The notes below the pieces were generated by a model that saw only the letters and a program-made list of their open reading frames with translations, was not told the origin of the DNA and did not search any database. The position numbers were made by a program, and so were the translations under genes. A DNA stretch of 28,041 bases from Methanocaldococcus jannaschii DSM 2661 (GTDB taxonomy: Archaea; AGJL01; Methanococci; Methanococcales; Methanocaldococcaceae), in contig NC_000909.1 of the NCBI RefSeq assembly GCF_000091665.1, positions 325,539-353,579 on the forward strand, read 5' to 3'. Positions 1-7,770 of the stretch are shown piece after piece (positions within the stretch are counted from its first letter, which is position 1; every line of letters begins with the position of its first letter).

Positions 1-115
1 TCTTCTCCCTACCTCCTAATTTAAAATACCAAATCCAAAGCCCTATCCCAAATAATACAAGTAAGAATATGGAAAATAACGCAACAAATAAAAATGTATC
101 CACACCAATATTCAT
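1..115 (-). CDS. Small single-pass membrane protein, partial at window edge (MNIGVDTFLFVALFSIFLLVLFGIGLWIWYFKLGGREK...)
   Basis: Translated by hand on the minus strand from ATG at 115 (CAT at 113-115); open to the window edge; hydrophobic helix followed by WYFKLGG, shared with the ORF at 3009-3134. Confidence 0.5.
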   Translation of the reverse strand, partial: MNIGVDTFLFVALFSIFLLVLFGIGLWIWYFKLGGREK

Positions 116-281
116 AAACACCAACCCCTTTTACCGTTGCTATATTTTATCTTGGTTATTGGTTTTATATATTTTGGCTAAACCTTACTCTCTAAGTTTG
201 TTAATGGTAGATATTAGAAAAATTAATAGCAGAGGATAAAAAAAGAAAGACTACACCAGCAGACAGTGTATTACAAAAAGA

Positions 282-377
282 GAATACATTGAATTACAAT
301 GGCATACAAAAAAGAATACAAAAGAATACAAAGTAATACACAATAGAATACACTAAAATACAATGTCATACAAAAAT
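282..377. repeat. Three tandem degenerate 32-bp units, each with three TACA-centred boxes (iteron-like)
   Basis: TACA starts at 285,295,305 / 317,327,337 / 349,359,369; units GAATACATTGAATTACAATGGCATACAAAAAA, GAATACAAAAGAATACAAAGTAATACACAATA, GAATACACTAAAATACAATGTCATACAAAAAT. Confidence 0.75.
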
Positions 378-398
378 AGCTAAATTTTAAAAATAGAT

Positions 399-866
399 TT
401 ACTCATAAGCTTCTGTTTCCTGTTTTTCCGTGTTTTCTTCTTTTACTTCTTCAATGTTTGCCATCATCCCAGCAACATTTATAGGTGGGAGTATAACCGG
501 AGGAATATTAGCGTTCGCCGTAATAGTTGAAATCAAAGCCCTAACATAAGGGAATAATATTGCAACAGAATTAATCTCTGCAAATTGTCTAACCTTATCA
601 ATCGCTTCCTCAATAACTTCAAAGAAACCCCATACTTCAACAGACAAATAAACTGGACTTTTAGCAAAATCCTTTTTCTCCCCAGCTGTTATTTTAATTA
701 TCGTTATAAATTTATTTGGCTCATTTTTATTGTATCTTATCTCTGTATCAATATTTACATTCAACCTTATCTTTTCATCTTTTTCAGGGACTTCATTTAG
801 TATAAATTCAATATGCTTAACAATATAATTGGAAAACTTTAAAGCACACTTTGGTGGAGCTTCCAT
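399..866 (-). CDS. SecB-like chaperone, putative third gene of a toxin-antitoxin-chaperone operon
   Basis: 155 aa; SecB-like pattern (YLSVEVWGFFEV..., ...SVAILFPYVRALISTITANANIPPVILPPINV); matches my recollection of MJ0357, described as SecB-like. Confidence 0.85.
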   Translation of the reverse strand: MEAPPKCALKFSNYIVKHIEFILNEVPEKDEKIRLNVNIDTEIRYNKNEPNKFITIIKITAGEKKDFAKSPVYLSVEVWGFFEVIEEAIDKVRQFAEINSVAILFPYVRALISTITANANIPPVILPPINVAGMMANIEEVKEENTEKQETEAYE

Positions 867-868
867 TT

Positions 869-1255
869 TTATGCCACCTCATAATTATTACAAATATGTA
901 AACTATCCTGCTGAAGGGTAATAATATAACTTGATTCTTCACCAACTTTTATATCCTCTTTAAATTTATATCCCTTCCTAAATTTACAATACATTTTATT
1001 ATCAGCATTTATTTCCTTTAAATTAATCTTAATAACAATCTGGTTGTGGGTGTTAACATTACAAGTTTGGGACTTCATTATTATCTCTCGATATTTAGCA
1101 ATATCCTCTTCAGTTAAGACCTCATCTGTAGCTAATGGACCTGGCTTTATCTTCCCAAACCCACACTCAATTAAATCCCTCTCAAATTGTTCTAAATCAA
1201 TATTTTCAAAATGTTTGTAAATTCTTTTTAATTCTTTTAATAAATCAAATGTCAT
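869..1255 (-). CDS. Small protein between ART-like toxin and SecB-like gene; putative antitoxin
   Basis: 128 aa; 2-nt gap to the SecB-like gene, 8-nt gap to the ART-like gene; N-terminal ENIDLEQFERDLIECGFGKIKPGP; role inferred from position and size. Confidence 0.55.
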   Translation of the reverse strand: MTFDLLKELKRIYKHFENIDLEQFERDLIECGFGKIKPGPLATDEVLTEEDIAKYREIIMKSQTCNVNTHNQIVIKINLKEINADNKMYCKFRKGYKFKEDIKVGEESSYIITLQQDSLHICNNYEVA

Positions 1256-1263
1256 AATCTCAC

Positions 1264-1908
1264 CTATATTCCTAAATCTTCTTTATAAATTTCAGTATAA
1301 ATTAAGAATTTATCTATTGTCTTCTCCAAATCATACCACTCCAACTTTTTTATAACACTTGGATTTTTTACACACACTTGAATCTCAGGCATAAATGTTA
1401 ATCTATGTGTTCTTTCTTTATATTTTTTATTTTTCTCACGATTTTCTATTTTTTGATATTTTTTTACGGGTATTGGAAACAAAGCTCTAACAATATCGAA
1501 TCTTTTATTATAACCCAGCTCCTTGTTCTTGAACATATAATTTATAACAACCCCTTCCGCACACATGTCTCCTCTGAGTTTATCTAACCTCAATTTCGTA
1601 GTGTTAATTAACTTATACATCATGTCAAATAGGAGTTTATGTTCAATCTTCGTTAAATCAAAAATCCTCGATTCCTCACATATAACTTCTGCTTTTATTA
1701 TTGCAAAATTTTTTAGTAATCTATTGCGGTTCTTCTCCTTATACCATATCCACTTAAACGCATGGAACTCCTCTTCATAAAAATAAATACCATCCCCAAG
1801 CCAGTGGTTATCTCCTTGGCTGGGTAGTATCTCCTTACTTTCCATTATTTTTTCTGCACTCTTTCTGTCGGTCCCATGATACAGTGTCATTCTAACATAC
1901 GACATCAT
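1264..1908 (-). CDS. ADP-ribosyltransferase/PARP-fold-like protein, putative toxin
   Basis: 214 aa; N-terminal TLYHGTDRKSAEKIMESKEILPS...WLGDGIYFYEEEFHAFKWIW resembles the YHGT...G-GIYF signatures of PARP-like ARTs. First gene of the tight operon. Confidence 0.65.
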   Translation of the reverse strand: MMSYVRMTLYHGTDRKSAEKIMESKEILPSQGDNHWLGDGIYFYEEEFHAFKWIWYKEKNRNRLLKNFAIIKAEVICEESRIFDLTKIEHKLLFDMMYKLINTTKLRLDKLRGDMCAEGVVINYMFKNKELGYNKRFDIVRALFPIPVKKYQKIENREKNKKYKERTHRLTFMPEIQVCVKNPSVIKKLEWYDLEKTIDKFLIYTEIYKEDLGI

Positions 1909-1970
1909 CCACCAATATTACTAATTACCCTAATAGTGTATCAGTTCCGAACTTTCCAGTATATTTTATA

Positions 1971-2004
1971 GTATATATACAGGAGTATATACCTGTATAT
2001 ATAC
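1971..2004. promoter_or_regulatory. Perfect 13-bp inverted repeat with 8-nt spacer upstream of the toxin operon
   Basis: GTATATATACAGG (1971-1983) / AGTATATA / CCTGTATATATAC (1992-2004). Confidence 0.6.
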
Positions 2005-2225
2005 TATTATATACTCTATCTGATACTTTCCTGCCGACACCTATATTTACTTTTCGATTAATATCAACAGGGAACCTACATAGGTAGTAATAACAGATAC
2101 TGCTGAGTATCCATAGGACCAGCAGATAATATATTAATGATTGTTGATATGCTCACAATAGGACCAGAAAAAGAGAAGTTGAAAAGTTATTTTACAGTCA
2201 AATCGTAGCATTTTAAAACAGCCAC

Positions 2226-2633
2226 TTATTCAGTCCACCAAGTTCCAACAGCAATATCATACTTAGCAACTTTTTTACCTTCCTCCCCTATAGGTCCAAT
2301 AATTTTAAATCTAAACTTTTGTCCAGGGTCAACGTCCCTATGGACGTCCATGAACTCATCAATTAAAACACCATCAGCATCATAAAATCTTGCCTTTATT
2401 TCTACAAATTTTAACCTTTTATTACCTACATTCTGAGCAACCCCTTCAACATACACAGTCCCATAATCTTTCCTAACTAAATGATGCTCTAATATCTGAA
2501 CTGGGCAAGTCTCAGTTTCTGCAGATGCGGTGCTTGAAGAATAGTCAGTTCCTCCTCCACCAGTGCAACCACATATAGCAACCACACCACATACTATACT
2601 GGCAAGTATCAAAAACACACCCAGCCTTTTCAT
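2226..2633 (-). CDS. Secreted lipoprotein, FxLYD-like domain
   Basis: 135 aa; signal peptide and lipobox-like VVAICGCTGGGG, then a Thr/Ser-rich linker and a beta-rich domain (VYVEGVAQNVGNKRLKFVEIKARFYDADGVLID). Confidence 0.6.
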   Translation of the reverse strand: MKRLGVFLILASIVCGVVAICGCTGGGGTDYSSSTASAETETCPVQILEHHLVRKDYGTVYVEGVAQNVGNKRLKFVEIKARFYDADGVLIDEFMDVHRDVDPGQKFRFKIIGPIGEEGKKVAKYDIAVGTWWTE

Positions 2634-2781
2634 ACTCCCCCTCTTCGAATTTTACAATTATTCAAATGTTTCTATAATATTATATAATGATTACTATACG
2701 AGTTTAGAATATCGATGATTGTTAATGTTTATATTATTTAAATACCTACTTAGAAAAATAGAAAAATAAAAGCCCTAAGTT

Positions 2782-3012
2782 GTGGTAATTATGGATGAAA
2801 AACGGAAGCTTTTATTTGACAAAATAGCTAATGCTGGAATAGTTTTTGTTGGATACGAATTTTTATTTATGTTGTATGTCATCCTAAATACTGCATCTGG
2901 AATGATAACATTACAAACAGGTATTGTGCTATTTATAGGAGATGCCCTTGCAATACTAATAACAATCTGGCTATTATGTGCTGTTTTATATGACATCTAC
3001 AAAAAACTTTAA
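2782..3012 (+). CDS. Small hypothetical protein with two predicted TM helices
   Basis: 76 aa; two hydrophobic stretches (IVFVGYEFLFMLYVIL; IVLFIGDALAILITIWLLCAVLY). Confidence 0.55.
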   Translation: MVIMDEKRKLLFDKIANAGIVFVGYEFLFMLYVILNTASGMITLQTGIVLFIGDALAILITIWLLCAVLYDIYKKL

Positions 3013-3134
3013 TTAGTTTCTAAAGCTTTTTTACCACCCAATTTAAAATACCACAAATATAAAGCTAAAGATAACAAAACAATCAATCCCAAAGAAGCCA
3101 AACCCATAAGTGTAACTATAGTTTGATTATCCAT
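3009..3134 (-). CDS. Small single-pass membrane protein (MDNQTIVTLMGLASLGLIVLLSLALYLWYFKLGGKKALETN), not in the ORF track
   Basis: 41 codons, ATG at 3134, TAA at 3011-3009; shares WYFKLGG with the ORF at the window start. Confidence 0.5.
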   Translation of the reverse strand: MDNQTIVTLMGLASLGLIVLLSLALYLWYFKLGGKKALETN

Positions 3135-3637
3135 ACTCACCAACTCCTTTTTTCTAATTCTATAATATATCAACTATGAAATATAAGCTTTATCAATGTG
3201 TGAAGAGGTTAGTATATTAACGATTGTTGATATTTTTAAGGTAGTGTCCCGAGATGTGTCGGATTTAGAGATAAGGATAATTCTTTGAGATTTTACGAAA
3301 TCCTAAATAATTTATGTCCTATTTTCGGTTTAGACGTTTATTTATGAAATCGAATAATTTGGGATTATCCCTAAGGTATTCAAACTTAATTTTTCTTATT
3401 TTCTTGGTTTAGGGAATATAAACCGTTATCTAAATATATCGGTTTAAATGTCTCTAAACCGCATAAACTTAATAAATTATCCTTTTAAGTCCAGAGATGA
3501 GGACATTTTAAGCTCTTTTATAAATATGCCTCTAAACCAAAAATAAACCGTAATCCTATGAGTTTTGAGCCAAATAAGGCAAATATGTGTCCATCTCTAA
3601 ATACGATATTAGAGCCATAGTATCCTATAGAAGTAAT

Positions 3638-3961
3638 TTATGCAGTTGAATTTACAATTTTATAATTAATAACGATGTCTTGGCCTTCTCTAAGAGTATC
3701 GAAAGTTTCAATAAGATCTAATATTTCTAAAGCTCTTTTACCTCTTGGGGTTATTGAATAATATACTTTTCCAAATTTATAAGGAGATTCTCCTTCTCTT
3801 TTTTCAACGAAACCTTCATTAACTAAATCAGATAATATTGAGTCCAAAATTTTTGGATGTAAATTTAAAGTCTTCTGTAATTCACTAAAATACATATCTT
3901 TACTATTTAGTAATTTTAAAACATCCTTTACGTGTTTTTTTGCCAGTATTTTGAGTATCAT
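3638..3961 (-). CDS. Winged helix-turn-helix transcriptional regulator (HxlR/PadR-like)
   Basis: 107 aa; VLKLLNSKDMYFSELQKTLNLHPKILDSILSDLVNEGFVEKREGESPYKFGKVYYSITPRGKRALEIL is wHTH-like. Confidence 0.75.
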   Translation of the reverse strand: MILKILAKKHVKDVLKLLNSKDMYFSELQKTLNLHPKILDSILSDLVNEGFVEKREGESPYKFGKVYYSITPRGKRALEILDLIETFDTLREGQDIVINYKIVNSTA

Positions 3962-4026
3962 AATATGACCTGCCTCTTTTTGTTTTTATTGTAATTTTTT
4001 ACAACTACTTTTATTTATGTGATTAT

Positions 4027-4103
4027 TCACCAAAGCGTGATGAATCACCAAAAAATATATATATCAGTTTAATTATATTACTCACCAAATAGTGATAAAT
4101 TAC
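4027..4103. promoter_or_regulatory. Repeated operator-like boxes in the divergent intergenic region
   Basis: TCACCAAAGCGTGATGAATCAC (4027-4048) and TCACCAAATAGTGATAAATTAC (4082-4103), 18/22 identical and 55 bp apart. Confidence 0.55.
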
Positions 4104-4117
4104 TACATAGTGATAAT

Positions 4118-4309
4118 ATGAAAATCAGAAAGAAAACATGGAGATTGCCAAAAGATGCAACAATATCATTCAAAGGAGTTGTTAAACCAATAGGAAACTC
4201 TGGAATGATCTTAATACCTAAAGATTACGTTGGATGCAAAGTTTTAGTTACAATACTTGATGAACTCGGAAATGAAGAATTTGAGATTGTAGAAACTGAG
4301 AAATCATAA
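4118..4309 (+). CDS. AbrB/DUF2080-like small DNA-binding protein
   Basis: 63 aa; [30 protein letters not shown] resembles a swapped-hairpin AbrB motif. Confidence 0.65.
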
Positions 4310-4323
4310 ATTAGGGGATAAAC

Positions 4324-6603
4324 ATGGTTTATGATAACATAAAAAGAGAAATTATAGGCATGTTAAAAAGAATGCCTAACAAACAAGCAGATTGGGATAA
4401 TGATTTATTACCTACTTTAAAGGCAATGTTTAACCCAAAATCAGTTTCAAACGCTAAATCCCAATTAATCTCTGAAGGTGTTATATCTCAAGAAATTGTT
4501 GATGGAAAGAAAATTATAACTCTCATTAAGGACCCTTATGAGCTTCAAGCTCCCAACGTATTTGACGAGGAAATGTTCTTGGCATACTATACTGATAAAT
4601 TAAAGGAGTATTTTAAACACAAGTTATCAACTGAAGGACCAGAGTGGGATATTTTTGACGTGAAAGAATTTATAATGCACTTCCCTGAATCTGGAGATTT
4701 GAATGATAAGTTAATAGAACACCCTTATGAAGTTAGGAAATCGATAACAAATGTATATATTGAAGCTTATGAAGAATTATTCAACGAAACACCTAACGTA
4801 GAATTTATCCACATTAGAAATCCTATTGATTGTAGAATTTCCTTATCTGAATTATCATCTGCCCATAAAGGAAAATTAGTAGAGTTTAGAGCAATGATTC
4901 TCCAAGCAACGAAACTTAAACTAAGGTATGCTAAGGGATTCTATTACTGTCCAAAGTGCGGAGCTACAAAGACATTGGATTTAGGATTTTGGGATAAACC
5001 TAAAGAAGTTGGAAAGTCATTAACATGTCCTGCTGATGGCTGTGATTGTAAAGGACTAATATTTGATGAAGATTTATCTGGCAAAGTTGATTTTCAGGAG
5101 ATTAAAGTTCAAACACCATTACAGGAGTCAATATATGCAAATAAACATTCTACAACTGTCTTCTATGAATTTAACAAACCAAAGAAAGCGGTATATTCTG
5201 GGTATGTGAAGATTGTTGGAGTTCCAATTGTTAAAGAAAATAAAAACGGGAGTGTTGGAGAATTATACATTCATGCTTTTTACATTGAAAAGGATGATGA
5301 AGATATTGAAGAAATAGCTAAAAACCTCAATGAAAAAGATTTAGAGCTTATTAATAGAATTGCTAAGGATAAGAACGTTATTCAAAAGCTTTCTGACTAT
5401 GCTTTTAGGGAAGTTACTGGATATGATATGATAAAAAGAGCTGTTTTATTACAGTTGGTTAGTAGTGGGACTAATATTGACATGAGAACGTCCATCCATA
5501 TTTTGATGATTTCCGACCCTGGGGTTGGAAAATCAACATTGATGGAGTCATTAATTCAGAAGTTTCCATTTGTTAAGAAAGTTTATGCTGTTACTTCATC
5601 AGGTCCTGGATTGGTCGGGTCTGTAGTCAGGGAGAAGGCAGAGTTTGGAGATAGTTGGGTATTAAAAGCTGGGGTTTTAACTGAGGCTGATGGGGGAGTT
5701 GTTTGTATTGACGAATTTTCAAGGAATAAAGAGGTATATGATTATCTCTTGGGAGTTATGGAACAGCAGAAGATTGAGATTAACAAGGCTGGAGTTATTG
5801 ATGCAGTATTGCCAGCAAGGGTTGCTATTTTAGCAGCATGTAATCCAAGGTTTGGAAGGTTTAATCCTGATTTAACCGTATGGGAGCAGATAAACTTGCC
5901 TAAGGAGTTATTGGATAGGTTTGATTTGATTTTTGTGATTAAAGATAAGATTGATAAAAAGAAAGATGAGGATATAGCAGATTTCTCTATTGATAATTAT
6001 AATTCAAAAGTTAGAGAGAGAAAAGGAAAATCTTCGGGTAAAAAGTTTGTAATAAATGGTGTTGAGTTGAATGATGAGTTGTTGCTGAAGTATGTTCTTT
6101 ATGCAAGACAAATAGAGCCAGAAATATCAGATGAAGCTCGTAAGATTATAAAAGAGTATTATGTTTCTGTAAGAAAAATGAGCGAAGCAAAAGGAACTTT
6201 TGGAATATCTGCAAGACAGTTAGGGTCTATAATCAGATTAGCAGTTGCTCATGCAAAGTTAAGATTGTCGGAAGTTGTTAAAGCGGTTGATGCAGAAGAG
6301 GCTATAAGGTTAGTTGATACCTGCTTAAAACAAATCGCCTACGACCCTGAGAGTGGTTCAATAGACATTGACAAAATAGCTGGAACTCCGAAATCTAAGA
6401 GGGATAAGGTTGAGAAGGTTCTGAATATTATTAAGGAAATTTCTAACTCAAGAGATGACGGCTTAGCTCCTGAAGAAGAGATATATGAAAGGGCTGAAAG
6501 GGCGGGTTTATCTGAGAAGGAAGTTGAGGATGCTATTAATTATCTGAAACGGGTTGGAGACATTTATTCTCCAAAGTCGGGTTATTGGCAACTTATGTCT
6601 TGA
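4324..6603 (+). CDS. mcm: MCM replicative helicase homolog carried by the integrated element
   Basis: 759 aa; zinc motif CPKC...C..C, Walker A SDPGVGKS, Walker B GGVVCIDEF, sensor-1 ILAACNPRFG, arginine-finger motif LPKELLDRFDLIF, C-terminal winged helix. Confidence 0.95.
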   Translation: MVYDNIKREIIGMLKRMPNKQADWDNDLLPTLKAMFNPKSVSNAKSQLISEGVISQEIVDGKKIITLIKDPYELQAPNVFDEEMFLAYYTDKLKEYFKHKLSTEGPEWDIFDVKEFIMHFPESGDLNDKLIEHPYEVRKSITNVYIEAYEELFNETPNVEFIHIRNPIDCRISLSELSSAHKGKLVEFRAMILQATKLKLRYAKGFYYCPKCGATKTLDLGFWDKPKEVGKSLTCPADGCDCKGLIFDEDLSGKVDFQEIKVQTPLQESIYANKHSTTVFYEFNKPKKAVYSGYVKIVGVPIVKENKNGSVGELYIHAFYIEKDDEDIEEIAKNLNEKDLELINRIAKDKNVIQKLSDYAFREVTGYDMIKRAVLLQLVSSGTNIDMRTSIHILMISDPGVGKSTLMESLIQKFPFVKKVYAVTSSGPGLVGSVVREKAEFGDSWVLKAGVLTEADGGVVCIDEFSRNKEVYDYLLGVMEQQKIEINKAGVIDAVLPARVAILAACNPRFGRFNPDLTVWEQINLPKELLDRFDLIFVIKDKIDKKKDEDIADFSIDNYNSKVRERKGKSSGKKFVINGVELNDELLLKYVLYARQIEPEISDEARKIIKEYYVSVRKMSEAKGTFGISARQLGSIIRLAVAHAKLRLSEVVKAVDAEEAIRLVDTCLKQIAYDPESGSIDIDKIAGTPKSKRDKVEKVLNIIKEISNSRDDGLAPEEEIYERAERAGLSEKEVEDAINYLKRVGDIYSPKSGYWQLMS

Positions 6604-6612
6604 TAATCAGAG

Positions 6613-6957
6613 GTGGGGAGTATGATTGAAATTAATTTCTCTCACGATTATTTCAAATTAAGAGAACAGAGATTTACAACAATTAGAAGCAAGCATTATC
6701 TGAAAAATAAGGGTTTGAGAGTTGGAGATGTTGTAAAAATTAAACATCCAAGTGGAGAGTTTCCTGCTAAAATCGTTGGAGTTGAGGTTAAAAGAATTTG
6801 TGATATTCCTTTAGAAATATTAAAGAAAGATGCAGAATTCGAAGGTTTTAACATAAAAACACATCAAGATTTTGTAGATTTGCTTAATAGTTTTATCCCT
6901 TACAAGTCTAATAAATTGACGACTGAAAAAGCCATTATTTACTTAGAAAGAGTGTGA
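6613..6957 (+). CDS. ASCH/PUA-like domain protein
   Basis: 114 aa; FSHDYFKLREQRFTTIRS...GLRVGDVVKIKHPSGEFPAKIVGVEVKRICDIP fits the ASCH pattern. Confidence 0.5.
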   Translation: MGSMIEINFSHDYFKLREQRFTTIRSKHYLKNKGLRVGDVVKIKHPSGEFPAKIVGVEVKRICDIPLEILKKDAEFEGFNIKTHQDFVDLLNSFIPYKSNKLTTEKAIIYLERV

Positions 6958-6961
6958 TAGC

Positions 6962-7492
6962 ATGGCTAAGGCAATCATTGACATAGAAACTACTGGACTC
7001 AACCCTATGGAGCACCGTATAGTTGCCATTGGTGTAAAACTTGGGGATAGGGATATTATTCTGATGGATGAGTCAGAGTATTATTTGTTGGTTAATTTTT
7101 GGGATACGGTGGAAAAAGAAGGTATTGAGAAAATAATCGGCTTTAATATTGACTTTGATTGGCAGTTCCTAAAATTGAGAAGCTTATATCATAGGTTGAA
7201 AATAAAGCATTTCAGAAAATACCAAGGTAGAGTAGATTTAAGGCAGATATTGAATGGGAGTGGTGGGCAGTATAGGAAGGGAACAAAGTTAGTGGATTAC
7301 TGTAGGTTTTTGGGAATTGACGTTCCAGAAGATGACGCTAATGGTAGTGAAATTCCAGAGCTTTGGGAGAAGTTTGAAGAGGAAGGGGATGAAGAAGCTA
7401 AACGCAAAATCTGTGAGCATTTAAAGAGGGATTTAGAGAGAACTTGGGAGTTGTATAAAATATTAGTTGATTGTGGTTTGATTGAGGAATAA
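6962..7492 (+). CDS. DnaQ-like / DEDD-family 3'-5' exonuclease
   Basis: 176 aa; Exo I AIIDIETTGLNP, Exo II IIGFNIDFDWQFL, Exo III region HLKRDLERTWELY. Confidence 0.8.
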   Translation: MAKAIIDIETTGLNPMEHRIVAIGVKLGDRDIILMDESEYYLLVNFWDTVEKEGIEKIIGFNIDFDWQFLKLRSLYHRLKIKHFRKYQGRVDLRQILNGSGGQYRKGTKLVDYCRFLGIDVPEDDANGSEIPELWEKFEEEGDEEAKRKICEHLKRDLERTWELYKILVDCGLIEE

Positions 7493-7770
7493 TGCCTTTG
7501 GTGGGCTTTATGAAAGAGAAAAAGAGGGCAACATTTTATCTTTATAAAAACATTGACGGTAGGAAACTTAGGTATCTTTTGCATAAGTTGGAAAATGTTG
7601 AAAATGTGGATATAGATACTCTAAGAAGAGCAATTGAAGCTGAAAAGAAATATAAGAGGTCTATAACTCTCACAGAGGAAGAGGAGGTTATAATACAGAG
7701 GTTAGGTAAAAGTGCTAATTTGTTGTTGAACTGCGAGTTGGTGAAGTTGGATGAGGGAGAAAGAGCTTAA
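7492..7770 (+). CDS. Small ribbon-helix-helix-like protein matching the trefoil-knotted MJ0366
   Basis: 92 aa; sequence matches my recollection of the MJ0366 structure protein; lies directly before the integrase. Confidence 0.8.
   Translation: MPLVGFMKEKKRATFYLYKNIDGRKLRYLLHKLENVENVDIDTLRRAIEAEKKYKRSITLTEEEEVIIQRLGKSANLLLNCELVKLDEGERA

Noticed and set aside
585-1780. Plus-strand ORFs 585-800, 1405-1587, 1565-1780
   Set aside because: Antisense to the three-gene operon, which has clear protein features; shadow ORFs.
2775-2996. 73-aa minus-strand ORF
   Set aside because: Antisense to the 2782-3012 ORF; lacks features, while the plus-strand ORF has two coherent TM segments.
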